Shown here piece by piece: positions 34,880 to 49,398 of a stretch of 64,000 nucleotides of DNA. Positions within the stretch are counted from its first letter, which is position 1; each line of letters begins with the position of its first letter. The stretch is from Squalus acanthias (taxonomy: Eukaryota). The stretch is taken from NCBI GenBank assembly GCA_030390025.1, contig CM059432.1, positions 145,204,001 through 145,268,000 on the forward strand, read 5' to 3'. The notes beneath the pieces are model-generated. The model saw nothing but the letters and a program-made list of their open reading frames with translations, made no database searches and was not told where the DNA came from. The position numbers and the translations under genes are program-made.

Positions 34880-36620
34880 GAAGGGCACCCAAAGCTAAAG
34901 CTCTCCAGATGACTAAAGATATGGCGATTAAAATGAAACCAAAAAAGGAAGCTTATGATAAATATCAGGTTCATAATTCAGTAGAGAACCAAGCTGAATA
35001 CAGAAAAGTACAAGGGAGAACTGAAAAAAAGTAAGAGAGTTTATGAGAATAGATTAGCAGCTAACAAAGAAGGGAACCCAAAAGTCTTTTGTAAACATAA
35101 ATAGTAAAAGGGTAGTCAAAGGAAGGGTGGGACAGATTAGGGACCAAAAGGTGGCTGATCTTGTGGAGGCAGAGGGCATGGCTCAGGTACTAACTGAGTA
35201 CTTTGCATCTGTCTTCACTAGAGAAAAGGATGCTGCCAATGTAGCAGGAAAGGAGGAGGCAGTAGTGATGCTGGATAGGATAAAATTAGATAAAGAGGCA
35301 TTACTAAAGCGGTTGGCAGCACTCAAAGTAGAAAAGTCACCCGTTTTGGATGGGATGCATTCGAGGTTACTGAGGGAAGTATGGGTGGAAATTGTGAAGG
35401 CTGTGGCCACAATCTTCCAATTCTCCTTAGATATGTGGGTGGCGGCAGAAGACTGAAAATGTTACACTTCTGTTCAAAAAAAGGGGAGATATATAAACCC
35501 GGCAACTACAGGCCAGTCAGCCTAATGTCGGTGGTGGGGAAACTTTAAGAGGCAATAATCCGAGACAAAATTAATTGGCATTTGGAAAATATGGGCTAAT
35601 AAATGAAAGTCAGCACGGATTTGTTAAAGGCAAATCGTGTTTGACCAACTTCATTGAGTTCTTTGAAGTAACGGAGAGGTTGATGAGGGTAGTGCAGTTG
35701 ATGTTGTGCACATGGACTTTCAAAAGGCGACTGATAAAGTGCCACATAATAGACTTATCAGCAAAATTGAAGCCCATGGGATAAAAGGGACAGTGGCAGC
35801 GTGGATAAGAAATTGGCTAAGCGACAGAAAGCAGAGAGTAGTGGTGAATGGTTATTTTTCAGACTGGAGGTTAGGGGTCAGTATTAGGACCACTTCTCTT
35901 TTTGATGTAGATTAATGACCTGGACTTGGGTATAGGGGGCATAATTTCAAAGTCTGCAGATGACACGAAACTCGGAAATGTAGTAAACAATGAGGAGGCT
36001 AGTAACAGATTTCAGGAGGACATAGACAGACTGGTGAAATGGGCAGACACATGGCAGATTAAATTTAGTGTGGAGAAGTGTGCAGTGTTACATTTTGGTA
36101 GGAAGAACGAGGGGAGGCAATATGAACTTAATGGTGCAATTTTAGGAAGGATGTCAAGGCCTCGCAGAGGAGATACGGAACATTAGTTACGTGGAGAGAC
36201 TAGAGAAACTGGGGTTGTTCTCCTTAGAGCAGAGAAGGTTAAGGGGAGATTTGATAGAGCTGTTCAAAATCTTGAAGAGTTTGATAGAGTAAATAAGGAG
36301 AAACTGTTTCCAGTGGCAGAAGGGTCAGTAACCAGATCACAGATTTAAAGCTAATTGGCAAAAGAACCAGAGGTGAGGCGAGAAAATAAAAAGTTACGCA
36401 GCGAGTTCCTGTGATCTGGAATACACTGCCTGAAAGGGTGGTAGAAGCAGGCTCAATAGTAACTTTCAAAAGAGAATTGGATAAACACTTGAAAAGGAGA
36501 AAGTTGCAGGGCTATGGGGAAAGAGCGGGGGAGTGGGACTAATTGGAGAGCTCTTTCAAGGAGCCGGCACAGGCACGATGGGCCAAATGGTCTCTTTTTG
36601 TGCTGTATCATTCTATGATT
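34880..36620 (+). mobile_element. Degenerate CR1 LINE ORF2 and 3' tail
   Basis: Frameshifted ORFs 35127-36186 (QHGFVKGKSCLTNFIEFFE, ADDTKLG). Tail ends in TTCTATGATTCTA. Confidence 0.9.
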
Positions 36621-36960
36621 CTACCTCCATCAATTTCCTCTGTTCTAAGGAACACAGCCCCAATTTATGTCTTGTGTCATATTTGTATTTCCCCACAGTA
36701 GGCAGCGACCTAGTGAATCTGTGCTGTACCCTATCCATTGGCACAACATCCTCCCTATAGTATGGAGCCCAAAACGGCGCACAGTCTCTAACTATGGTCT
36801 TGCTGTCCCCCAGCAGCCTCTCACCTGTTTCTGCCAGGGGAAGAGAGTTTTGGAGATGAACCTTTTTCATTTCACGGCAGAAATTAAACATTCAAATTTT
36901 ACTAAGCAGATTTTTTATGCTGCAGTGGACAATCCTTTCAACCAGAGCTAGCGCATGTCA

Positions 36961-39900
36961 TTAGATAAGAACATAAATAGGAGCAGGAATAGGCCCTTCG
37001 GCCCCTCGAGCCTGCTCCGAAATTCAATATCATGGCTGATCATCTTCCTCATCTCCACTTTCCTGCACTATCCCCTTGATTCCCTTAATATCCAAAAATC
37101 TATCGATCTTTGTCTTGAATATACTCAACAACTGAGCCTCCACAGCCCTCTGGGGTAGAGAATTCCTAAGATTCACCACCCTCTGAGTGAAGAAATTTCT
37201 CATCTCAGTCCTAAATGGCCGACCCCTTATTCTGAGACTGTGACCCCTGGTTCTCGACTCCCCAGCCAGGGGAAACATCCTCCCTGCATCTACCCTGTCA
37301 AGCCCTGTAAGAATTTTGTATGTTTCAATGAGATCATCTCACATTCTTCTAAACTCTGGAGAATATAGGCCTATTCTACTCAGTCTCTTCCCATAGGACA
37401 ATCCCACCATCCCAGGAATCAGTCTGGTGAACCTTCGTTGCATTCCCTCTATGGCAAGTATATCCTTCCTTAGGTAAGGAGACCAAAACTGTACACCATA
37501 CTCCAGCTGTGGTCTCACCAGTGCCCTATATAATTGCAGCAAGATGTCTTTACTCTTATACTCAAATCCTCTTGTAATAAAGGCCAACATACCATTTGCT
37601 TTCCTAATTGCTTGCTGTCCCTGCATGTGAACTTCCAGTGATTCAATGATTTCGAGACCAGAAGGAGCGGACCTGGAGGGAGCACAGCGAGAGTGGAGCA
37701 CATAAAAGGAGCAGTCCCGAGCAGCAGAGGCAGTTTTTGAAAGAGTGATGTCAGAGTAAAAAAAGTGACGTTGGCACAAGGGAAGGAGCTGATTGGTGAG
37801 TAGCTGGTGAGTGTATTTTTTTTAATAAGTTTATTTCTGCTAAGTTAGTTAATAACCTATTAAATAGAGGGAAAGAGCTGATTGGTGAGTAGTTGGGGAG
37901 TGTTTTTTGTTAAGTTTTAAGTTTATTTCTGCTGGGTTAGTTCTTAGTCTATTGAATAGAGGCATGGCAGAGCAGCTCAGTCCCATGGAGTGCACATCCT
38001 GTGCCATGTGGGAAGTCCTGGATGCTTTGCGTAGCCTGGATGACCACATGTGCGGGAAGTGTCGCCAGCTACAGCAACTCGAGCTCCGGGTTTCGGAGCT
38101 TGAGCAGCAGCTGGAGTCACTGGGGTGCATCCACGAGGCTGAGAGTTACATGGATAGCACATTTCTAGAGGTGGTCACCCCGCAGCTTAAGAGTATGCAG
38201 GCAGAGAGGGAATGGGTGAACGCCAGACAGAAGGAGGAGGACCAGGCAGGTAGTGCAAGAATCCCCGGAGTGAATCGCGCTCTCCAACCAGTATTGTGTT
38301 CAGAGTACTGGTGAAGGGCGATGGTTCCTCTGGGGAGGGCAGAGAGTCAAGTCCACGGCACCACGGGTGGCTCAGCTGCACGGGGGGGGGGGGGGGGGGG
38401 GGGGGGAGACTGGAACAGCAATAGTGGTAGGGGATTCGATAGTTAGGGGAGCAGACAGGCGTTTCTGCGGCTGCAGACGTGACTCTAGGATGGTATGTTG
38501 CCTCCCTGGTGCCAGGGTCAAGGATGTCACTGAGCGGCTGCAGGAAACTCTTAGGGGGGAGGGTGAACAGCCAGAGGTCGTTGTCCATATCGGTACCAAC
38601 GTCATAGGCAGAAAGAGGTATGAGGTCCTGCAGGCAGAGTTTAGGGAGCTGGGAGAGAGATTAAAAAGCAGGACCTCAAAAGATAATAATCTCTGGATTA
38701 CACCCGGTGCCACGTGCTAGTGAGTACAGGAATAGGAGGATACAACAGATGAATGCGTGGCTGGAGAGATGGTGCAGGAGGGAGGGCTTTAGATTCCCAA
38801 GGCATTGGGACCGTTTCTGGGGAAGGTGGGACCTGTACAAGCCGGACGGGTTACACCTCAACAGAGCCGGGACCAATATTCTTGCGGGGAGGTTTGTTAG
38901 TGTTGTTGGGGAGGGTTTAAACTAGCTTGGCAGGGGGATGGGCACCAGCATATAGGAGTAGAAAAGAGAAATAAGGTGCATAAAAGAGTGAGTGTGTTGG
39001 ATAGTACTAGAGGCGGTAGTAGTACCATATTAGATAGGAGCAGACTGAGAAAGACTACGAAAAATTCAAAAATGGGTTTAGAATGCATGTACGTAAACGC
39101 ACAAAGTGTGGTGAATAAGGTCGGTGAGCTACAAGCACAATCCTGTGGCAATAACGGAAACGTGGCTTAAAAACGGTGAGGACTGGGCACTTAATATTCA
39201 AGGGTACAAGGTGTTCAGAAAAGATAGGGAAGGAAAAAAGGGAGGTGGGGTGGCAATGCTGATTAATGAAGACATTGTAGTGTTGGAAAGGGAGGATGTT
39301 CTTGAGGGGATAAGGACAGAATCCATTTGGTTAGAGTTGAGAAGCAAAAAGGGAATGATCACACTATTGGGGGGTATTCTATAGGCCTCCAAATAGTGAG
39401 AGGGAGGTAGAGGAGCAAATCTGCAGGGAAATCGCAGAGATATGCAAGAGCTATAGAGTGGTGATATTGGGGGACTTTAATTACCCAAATATCGATTGGG
39501 ATAATGCTAGGGTAAAGGGAAAGGAGGGGGAGGAATTTCTGAAATGCGTTCAGGAGAATTTCCTTGACCAAGATGTTCTTGGCCCAACTAGGAAGGAGGC
39601 ATTGCTGGATCTGGTGCTGGGGAATGAGGTGGGCCAGGTTGACCAAGTGCCTGTGGGAGAACACTTGGGTACGAGTGATCATCGTATCATAAGATTTAGA
39701 TTAGCAATGGAGAGGAACAAGGAACAATCTAGAGTGGAACTTCTAAACTGGAATAGGGCTAACTTCAATGGGATGCAAAAGGATCTAGCCAGGGTAAAAT
39801 GGAACCAAAGACTGACAAGAAAAACTGTAAAGGAACAATGGGGGATCTTTAAGGCGGTACATTCCAACAAGGGCTCCTTGGATGACGCGGGAGATAGAGA

Positions 39901-42900
39901 AGATGATGAACCAAAAAAAGAGGGTGTATGATGCATGTCAGGTGAATTCTTCAAGGGAGAACCAGACCAAATACAATAAGTTGAGAGGAGATGTGAAGAT
40001 GAAAATAAGATTGGCAAAGAGAGAATATGAGAGTAGAATGGCGGTTAACATAAAAGGGAACCCAAAAATCTTCTACCGGCACATAAACAGTAAGCGGGGT
40101 GAGGCCCATTAGAGACAAAGGTGGTGATATATGCTTAAAGGCGCAGGCAGGGCAAGGCTAGAATGCTCAATGAGTACTTTGTATCGGTGTTTACTAAGGA
40201 GGTGGATGCTGACAAAATATCGGTAGAAGTGGAAAAGGTAGAAGCAATGGAAGGGCTGAAAATTGATAGACAGGATGTACTAGAAAGACTGGGTATGCTT
40301 AGAGTAGATAAGTCGCCTGGTCTAGATGGCTTGCATCCCAGGTTGCTAAGGGAATTGGGGGATGGGATAGCGGAAGGGCTTGCCATAATTTTCCAATCTT
40401 CTCTAGATGCGGGGGAGGTGCCTGAGGATTGGAAAGTGGCAAATGTGACACCATTGTTCAAGAAAGGGCGTAAAGACAATCCTAGTAACTACAGGCCGGT
40501 CAGTTTAACATCAGTGATGGGTAAAGTTTTAGAAACAATAATCAAGGAAAAAATTAATAGGCACTTGGAGAGGTTTAAGCTAATTAAGGAGAGCCACCAC
40601 GGATTTGTAAAAGGCAGATCGTGTTTGACTAATCTAATTGAATTTTTTGATGAAGTAACAGGGAGGATTGATGAAGGGAATGCAATGGATGTTGTTTACA
40701 TGGATTTTCGGAAGGCGTTTGATGAAGTACCACATAGAAGGCTGGTTAACAAAATTGAGGCTCATGGAATAGGTGCGTCAGTGGCATCTTGGATAAGGAA
40801 TTGGCTTAAGGTTAGAAAGGACAGACAAGTGGCAGAGGGAATTTAATGCAGAGAAGTGTGAGGTGATGCATTTTGGCAGAAGGAACAGGGAGAGGCAATA
40901 TACATTTAATGGCACAGTTTTAAAGAGTGTGCAGGAACAGAGGGACCTGGGAGTTAATGTGCATAGGTCCCTGAAGGTGGCAGGACATATTGAGAGTATG
41001 GAAACAAAGCATATGGAATCTTGGGCTTCATAAATAGAGGTATTGAGTACAAAAGTAGAGAAGTTATGCTGAACCTTTATAAAGCGTTGGTTAGGCCACA
41101 ACTGGAGTATTGCGTCCAGTTCTGGTCACCACACTTTAGGAAGGATGTGAAGGCCCTTGAGAGGGTGCAGAGGAGATTTACCAGAATGGTTCTGGGGATG
41201 GGGGATCCTAGCTACAAGGACAGGTTGGAGAAGCTGGATCTGTTTTCATTAGAGCTAAGGATGTTGAGGGGTGATTTGATAGAGGTGTACAAGATTATGA
41301 CGGGTTTGGATAGCTAGACGGTGAAAGGCTGTTCCCATTAGTTGATGGTACAAGGACTAGGGGACACAGATTTAAGGTTTTGGGCAAGAGATACAGGGGG
41401 ATGTGAGGAAAAACTATTTTACGCAGCGAGTGGTGAGGACCTGGAAATTGCTGCCGACAGAAGTGGTGGAAGCGGAGACACTCAATGTTTTCAAGGGGAG
41501 GCTGGATAGGCACTTGAGGGAAATAAACTTGCAGGGCTACAGGGATAGAGCGGGGGAATGGGACTGACTGGATTACCCTACAGAGCGCCGGCACGGACTC
41601 GATGGGCCGAATGGCCTCCTTCTGTGCTGTTATGACTCTATGATTCGTGTACAAGGACACCCAGGTCCCTCTGAACGCCAACATTTCCAAATTTTGCACC
41701 ATTTTTAAAAAATACTCCGCTTTTCTATTTTTTCTACCAAAGTGGATAACTTCACATTTCTCCACATTTATATTCCATTTGCCATGTTCTTGCCCACTCA
41801 CTTAGCCTGTCTGTATACCCTTGAAGCCTCTTTGCATCCTCCTCACAACTTACATTCCCACCCAGCTTTGTATCATCAGCAAACTTGGATATCTTACATT
41901 TGGTCCCTCATCCAAATCATTGATATAGATTGTGAATAGCTGAGGCCCAAGCACTGATCCTTGCGGTACCCCACTAGTTACAGCCTGCTAACCCGAAAAT
42001 GACCCGTTTATTCCTACTCTCTGTTTTCTGTCCATTAACCAATCTTCAATCCATGCAAGTATATTACCCCCAATCCCATGAGGCCTAATTTTGTTTAATA
42101 ACCTCTTGTGTGGCACCTTATCAAATGCATTCTGAAAATCCAAATACACCACATCCACTGGTTCCCCCTCACCTATTCTGCTAGTTACAACCTCAAAAAA
42201 CTCTACAAATTCGTCAAACAACATGACTTCCCTTTCCTAAATCCATGTTGACTCTGCCCAATCCTATTATTATTTTCTAAGTGCCCTGTTACCACGTCTT
42301 TAATAATAGATTCTAGCATTTCCCCTACTACTGATGTCAGGCTAACTAGTCTGTAGTTCCCCGTTTTCTTTCTCCCTCCTTTCTTAAATAGTGGGGGTAC
42401 ATTTGCTACCTTCCAATCCGCAGGAACCGTTCTAGAATCAATGGAATTTAGGAAGATGAGAACCAATGCATCCACTATCTCTATAGCCACCTCTTTCAAA
42501 ACCCTAGGATGTAGGCCATCAGGTCCAGGGGATTTATCGGCTTTCAGTCCCATTTATTTCTCCAGTACTATTTTTTTTTACTAATACTAATTTCTTTCAG
42601 TTCCTCATTCTAGACCCTTGGTTCTCCACTATTTCTGGGAAGGTTTTTGCGTCTTCTTCTATGAAGACAGACACAAAGTATTTGTTTAATTTCTCGGCCA
42701 TTTCCTTATTCCCCATTATAGTTTCTCCTGTTTCAGCTTGTAAGGGACCCACATTTACTTTAGCTAATCTTTTCCTTTTTACATACATATTAGAAGCTTT
42801 TACAGTCTGTTTTTATGTCTCTCACTAGTTTACTCTCATATTCTATTTTCCCTTTCTTTATCAATTTCTTGGTTCTCCTTTGCTGAATTCTAAAATTCTC

Positions 42901-45000
42901 CCAATCCTCAGGCTGATTGCTCTTTTTGGCAACATTATAAGCCTCTTTCTTTGATCTAATATTATCTTTAACTTCTCTTGTTAGCCACAGTTGGACCACT
43001 TTTCCTGTGGGATTTTTGTGCTTTAAACGAATGCACATTTGTTGTAAACTATGTATTAATTCTTTAAATACTAGCCATTGCTTGTCTACCGTCATACCTT
43101 TTAATGTAGTTTCCCAATCTACCTTAGCCAACACGCTCCTCATACCTACATAGTTTGCTTTGTTTAGATTTAAGACCCTAGTTTCAGATTTAACTAAATC
43201 ACTTTCAAACTCAATATAAAATTCTATCATATTATGGTCACTCTTCCCTAAAGGCCCCTTTATTGCAAGGTTATTAATTAACCCTTTCTCATTGCACAAT
43301 ACTAGATCTAAAATAGCCTGGTTCCTCAACATACTGATCCAGAAAACTATCTTGTATACATTCCATGAATTCATCCTCCACACTAATTGCAAATTTGGTT
43401 TGCCCAGTCTATATGTAGATTAAAGTCTCCCATGATTACTGTATCACCCTTGTTACATGTGCCTCTAATTTCCTGATTTATACACTGCCCTACATTACAA
43501 CTACTGTTTGGGGGCCTATAAACAACTCCCACCAATGTTTTCTGCCCCCTGCTGTTTCTTAGCTCCACCCAAACGGATTCTACTTCTTGATTTTCAGAGC
43601 CAAGATCCTTTCTCGCTACTGTCTTTATCTAATCTTTATTATCAGGGCTACCTCTCCTCCTTTTCCATTTTGCCTATCTCTTCTAAAAGTTAAGTATCCT
43701 GAAATATTTAGTTCCCAACCTTGGTCAGTTTGCAACCACGTCTCCGTAATGGCTATTAGATCAAACCTATTAATTTCTCTCTGTCCTATTAATTCATCTA
43801 TTTTGTTGCGAATGCTTCACACATTCAGATATAGTGCCTTTAGCTTTGACTTTTTTCTATTTTTCCCTGATGTCACCTTAGTCACTGATGCCCTATTACC
43901 TTTGTTACTCTCTCTGTCCCTTCCTGACCCACTCTGCTTATTTTTACCCAAAACTCTGCTCTGCTCTAGAGCCTTGACATTTGTCTTGCTGCTTTTAAAT
44001 TTACTCTTTTCTGAATCCTCCCACCTTCCCCACCCCCACCCTCTTCATTAATTTAAAGCCCTGTCTACTGTCCTAGTTATTCGGTTCGCCAGGACACTGG
44101 TTCCAGCTCGGTTTAAGTGGAGCCCGTCCCAACAGAACAGCTCCCTCTTTCCCCAGTACTGATGCCAGTGCCCCATGAAGCAAAACCCCTGCCTGCCACA
44201 CCACTCTGAGCCATACATTTAATTTTCTAATCTGCTTATCCCCATGCCAACTGGCACGTGGCTCAGGTAACAATCCAGAGATTATTACCTTTGAGGTTCT
44301 GCATTTTAATTTGGACCCCAACTCCTCAAACTCTCTCAGCAAAACCTCATTCCTAGTTCTAGCGATGTCAATGGTTCCTACGTGGACCACGACAACTGGA
44401 TCCTCCCCTTCCCACTCCCAAGTTCTTCTGCAGCCGCGAGGAGATTACTTTAACCCTGGCACCGGGCAGGCAACACAACCTTCGGAACTCCCGGTCGTGG
44501 CTGCAGAGAACAGTAGCTATCCCCCTGACTATACTGTCCCCTACCACAACTACATTCCCTTTCACTCCCCCCACTTGAATGGCCTCCTGCACCATGGTCA
44601 GCTTGCTTATCCATCCTGCAGGCTTTTCCCTCATCCACACAGGCAGCAAGAACCTCATACCTGTTGGGCAAGGACAAATGCCAAGGCTCCTCCAGCACTG
44701 CACCTGGGGTCTCCTTACCTGCCTGAGTTGCAGTCACACCTTCCTGTCCCTGATCACTAACCAGATCTGTACCTCTACCTAACCTAAGGTGTGTGACTGC
44801 CTCCTGGATCAAAGTGTCCAGGTAACTCTCCCCCTCCCTGATGCCCCGCAATATCTGCACCTCAGACTCCAGCTCAAAAGACTCTCAAGATGCAGGCACT
44901 TACTGCAAACGTGGTTGTCCGGGATCACAATGCTCTCCACAAACTCCCACATGCTGCAGTTGTGGCACACCACCTGCACTGCCATCCCTATATGACCTTG
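36961..45000 (-). mobile_element. Near full-length CR1 LINE (ORF1 zinc finger/esterase + ORF2 APE-RT), split by the insertion at 37645-41640
   Basis: 3' end at 36961-37644, RT/APE fragments at 41647-43800 (IMGDFNLHIDW), ORF1 fragments at 44073-44990 (VVVGDSIVRG, CCLPGARVK, VHVGT). Confidence 0.9.
37645..41640 (+). mobile_element. Near full-length CR1 LINE with 5' UTR, ORF1 (zinc finger + SGNH esterase) and internally deleted ORF2
   Basis: ORF1 MECTSCAMWE...CGKC and VVGDSIVRG...VHIGTN; APE ILGDFNYPNIDW; RT NYRPVSLTSV. TGATTC duplicated at 37639-44 and 41641-46. Confidence 0.93.
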
Positions 45001-47748
45001 TTCTATTTAATTAAATTTGTATTTAAGTAACTTAGTTTACAGTTTAATTTCTTGACTGCTTACTTGATCTAGATGGGTAATAAAATTAAATATCTACCTG
45101 TAACACAAAGCACTACAAGTAGTGGAGGCAAAAAGCAGCAACTCCTTCCCCCTCTTCTCCAAATTCCCACTCTCTCCAAATTCCCAAATAAAACACTCTG
45201 TTTAAGTCCACTCTGCAGATCTTTGGGTTTCCTCATAAAACTAGTTTTGTTATTTATAGCAAATTCTAAACAAGAGAGCACAGAGAGTGAGGTTTGCCCC
45301 CAAGCTCGGTGAAGTGGTTGTGGTGTGGCTAAAAACAGTTAAACTTCTTTACAGCTAACACCTGCAGCAACTTAACCTCAATCCACACAGCACAGCTGAG
45401 TATCACACTACATGGGAAACACTTGCTGTGGTTCAAGTTCACGGCTCGATAGTGACAGACTGATCCGGGAAACAGGTTCCTGTATCAGAGAATCAGTCCC
45501 ACAAAAAGAGGCCCAGACAAGTTTCAAGCCATCTCTCTATGTGAAAATAACGGAACAGGAGAGGATGTGGTGGAGAGATGAGGCTCCCATCATACTGCAA
45601 CACTGCTCAAAAAGCCCCACCAGAAAGCGGAAGTGCAGGTTTTAACTGACACACCATGTGTTAGCACAGTCCAGTAACTGCTTACGGCATAAATATTAAA
45701 CCCCATTTTAGAATCAGACATTATTGCACAATAAAGTACATTCTGAGCAGAGTAACAGCCTCCAAAAACTCTTTGGCAAACCTTGATCACCTAGGAAAGT
45801 GAGGAACCCGAGGGGTTATGGCTGATTTTTTGCTGCAAGGCGTGTGTGTGGAATGATGACATAAATCATATTGAAATAGTGCGTTGTGTGTTGTAATAAA
45901 AAAAGTGACAAAACCTTTACCAAACACCTTCCATTAACTTATTTTTAAATATCTATACGATACAAATCAGAATATGAGCATGATAACCAACTACTTGGAA
46001 TGAAAGAGCTTGATATTTCTGCACAGATTCATTCTGTGATGTTGCAAGGAGGTCCTTATCTGTGCCGACTGATAACGTGTCCTTCCAGCCAGTGTGTGGC
46101 TCTTGGCTCACAGCCCCAGCCTGAGCAACAGCACTTAAACCAGTGGAGGCAAACGACCTCTGTGTCCCACCACTGAAGCTCAACTGTTCAGGACTGGCTT
46201 ACTCAGGGACTGGTCCCCATTCCAGGCATTGCCAGCCTGCTTGGATTTCAGAACTGGCTAGAAATATCATGACAATTTATAAATATATAAAAATGTAGGA
46301 AAACAGTTAAAACAACAACAACTTGTATTTATAATCGCACCTTTAACATAGAAAAACATCTCGGGTTACCACACAGAGGCAGAATCAGACAAAATGGAGG
46401 CCGAGCCAGGGAAAGGGATAGTGACTAAAACGCTTGGTGAAAGAGCTGGGTTTTAAGGAGGAGAGGGAAGTGGGGTGAGCAGCAGAGGCAAGCGAAGGGA
46501 TGGTCTCCATCTTGGAAAGAAAGAAATCCATGAATTCCTCGCACTTGTTGGGGGGGGGGGGGGGGGGGGGCGAGGGGAGAGGGCTTTAAGGAGATGATTG
46601 GTGGTGCAGGAAAGAAGCCAGGGGTTTATCTTCACACTCCTGGATGATCCTGGAGTAGTGGGCGATTTTGATAGAGGAGAGCGAGGCTCAATCATGCTTG
46701 CAGTGGTCCAGCCAGGTGTGGTGAAGCATGGCTAATCCAGTTGTGCGCTAGATATGCTCATGTCTGTGTCCCTTGGACTTGGAGAAGTGAGTACACAGGA
46801 ACAGGAGGAGGCCAGTCAGCCCCTCGAGTCTGCTCCGCTATTCAATTAGATCACGGCTGAGTGAAGGTTTTACTGGGGACCTTAAAGGTGGAGGCGAGAG
46901 AGTGGTTGAGCGGATCAATGGAGGGCCAAAGGCTTGGCAGTTGGGAGCTTGAAAGCGCCGTTGTAAGTGACCTGGGAGAAGCTTCTCTCCACCCCTGCCC
47001 GCCAGTGTGGATGCAGAAGCAGATGGAGTTTAGGAGGATGTGGGTGGAGAGGGATAAAATGAAGCGGTCACAGTTGAGCTTGTCAGTGATGAAGGCAGAT
47101 CTCAGGAGATGGTGAGGTTGAGTGAGTGGCTCCCACTAAGACGAAGGACAGGATTAGGTAGTACAACATAACAAAGCTGGTTAGGAAGGGGATGCACCAT
47201 GGTAGCAGGCACTACATTCAGAGACACTCACATATGTATGGTAACAGCAGCACGGGTTACAGTGTGGGGAGTCAGGTTGTGGGAATGACCTGTGCAGTGA
47301 AGAGGAGTGAGTGGCTGGTAGGTGATAGGATGACAGTGCAAATTCTGGGGAGAGTGATTTATTTCGGCACTGGGAAGGCGTAGGGACCACTGGTAATGGG
47401 AAGGGTGCGAGAGTGTAGGAGAACACCTCCACTCACTCTCTGCCGGGTGCCCCGGCAGCTGCCTTGGGTGTTGGTTGGTGCTGCACCTATCTCAGGTCTC
47501 CTGCCCTATGCGGATTGGTGAATGGCCAATTCATGGAGATTTGTGCCCGAAATATCGATGGGCTATTTGGATGGGAATGAATCAGACCCTCAATATTCTT
47601 GATGTGACTTGCACATTGATGAACACAAAGTTGTGGGAAATTAACGGCCAAACATGCACAACATAAACAGACTTGATCAATGTCGGCACTATGTGACTGC
47701 ACACGTTAAAGCTGCCCCACAATCTCCATCATTTCCTACAGTACTCAC

Positions 47749-47847
47749 CCACAACAGATTCGGGAGGAGAATAAAACTGGCCATCAGAGAGGGGGCCAGG
47801 AAGGAGGAGAGGTGCATGCTCCGATACATCAGATACTGTAAAGACTC
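47749..47847 (-). CDS. STARD3NL: STARD3NL coding exon 6 (contains FFAT-like QFYSPPE)
   Basis: (R)VFTVSDVSEHAPLLLPGPLSDGQFYSPPESVV; AG/GT boundaries, phase 1-1. Confidence 0.95.
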
Positions 47848-48218
47848 CTGGAACAGGAAGAATGGCACTAGCATTAGGGACACTGGCACAACAAAATGTA
47901 CATGTGATTTATTACATTTTACATCCCTAAACTAACAATTTAGAAGCTGCAACTTGGTCTACTGTCCCGGCATGTACCACACTGTCCGAATTTGTAAACC
48001 AGTTTGTTACTGATTTTAAATGAAGTGTTACAGCAATAGTAGAATGGACAGGGAATAGATTGCGGATAAAACAAGGGGTTAGATTGGCTTCATTGAAAAA
48101 GGCAGTGTAAAAGTCAGTGTTACAAATCACCCTTTATTTGCACTATCATCTGCTCCACCTGCAACTTAATTTGACAGCAGTACCAGCGGGACAGACAGCA
48201 CAAAGGAACATTACTTAC

Positions 48219-48339
48219 TGTTTTCATCCTTTGCCTCTTGTGGCAACACCTTAAAATCCAGAAACCAGGTCTCGATCCAGGCCAGTATGAAGGAGATGAT
48301 TGGCAGTAAATAGGCAAAGGCCGTACCTTCGACCAGGAG
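48219..48339 (-). CDS. STARD3NL: STARD3NL coding exon 5 (MENTAL TM4)
   Basis: LLVEGTAFAYLLPIISFILAWIETWFLDFKVLPQEAKDEN; canonical splice sites. Confidence 0.96.
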
Positions 48340-48445
48340 CTAGAGTAAAACGAGACGTGTTTAACAACTTAAAGCTAGCGATGGAAGACAATTTCAGTAT
48401 AAATCTTTCATTCAGTTTAGTTGCGTGGTCAGGGTCACTACATAC

Positions 48446-48499
48446 CTTGGAAATAATGACTTTTGCAATTAGAAAGGCACTGGTGACAGCTGTTGTAAT
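48446..48499 (-). CDS. STARD3NL: STARD3NL coding exon 4
   Basis: ITTAVTSAFLIAKVIISK, 54 nt, canonical splice sites. Confidence 0.96.
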
Positions 48500-49150
48500 C
48501 TGGAACAGTGAAGAGAAGAGGCATTTAGAGTCACAGCAGGGGAAAAGATGTTTGGATTAATCTAACCACATTTAAAGTTGGGGGTTGTGACCACTCATGA
48601 AAACTAATCGAACTTTATCCAAATTATTCATCGGATCAGAAGCGTGTTTTGTGAAAGGCGGAACGACACTGTCCCGACGTGCATCACGCTGTCCCGGGCC
48701 GACAGGCATCACACTGTCCAGGAGTGTATGGGACGGGGAAACAAAATTTGAAGGAAAAAATAAACTTTTGCATACATCAGATTGTTATTTATTTAAATCA
48801 AAGTCTATCGGATCTCTGGGTGCAAAGTGCACAATCACTTGATGCAGTAGGGAGCACCTTTCAGAGAGTGCAGTCAGAGCACACTGTTGGGCAGAGTGCG
48901 GGGAGCTTTACTCTGCACGTTCCCCTTATGGGCTCGATGTGGGCACCAGCACCAAGAGGGTTAAATGCTTCTTTCCCCTGCATCGATAGCCCAGATTACA
49001 GAAATTCAAATACACACAACTTTAAAAATAAACCTCTCGCCCAGGTTGAGGTGGGGCTTTGAGAACAGAGCGCTCAGATTCTGGCCCACATTTAGTAGAT
49101 GTTCACCGTCTTAACACAAGGGGCAAGAATATTACCATCGGATCACTCAC

Positions 49151-49228
49151 CGCGATCACCCACCAGTGGTGCAACCTACACAGGGCGTAGGCAAAAATCA
49201 GCATAAAGAATCGGAACGCCGCCAGTAA
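49151..49228 (-). CDS. STARD3NL: STARD3NL coding exon 3
   Basis: LLAAFRFFMLIFAYALCRLHHWWVIA, 78 nt, canonical splice sites. Confidence 0.96.
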
Positions 49229-49320
49229 CTGGGAAGGACAAAGAGGATTAGATAAAAGCTGCAGAGTTTAGAATGCTGCATTAAACAAGTGTTTCAAGGA
49301 AAATGAGAAAATCTACTCAC

Positions 49321-49398
49321 AAATATATCAAAGTAAGATTTGTGGAAGTCATAGTGAACCACTTCAATTTCTAAACTATGAATTATACCACCATCGAC
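49321..49398 (-). CDS. STARD3NL: STARD3NL coding exon 2
   Basis: VDGGIIHSLEIEVVHYDFHKSYFDIF, 78 nt, canonical splice sites. Confidence 0.95.
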
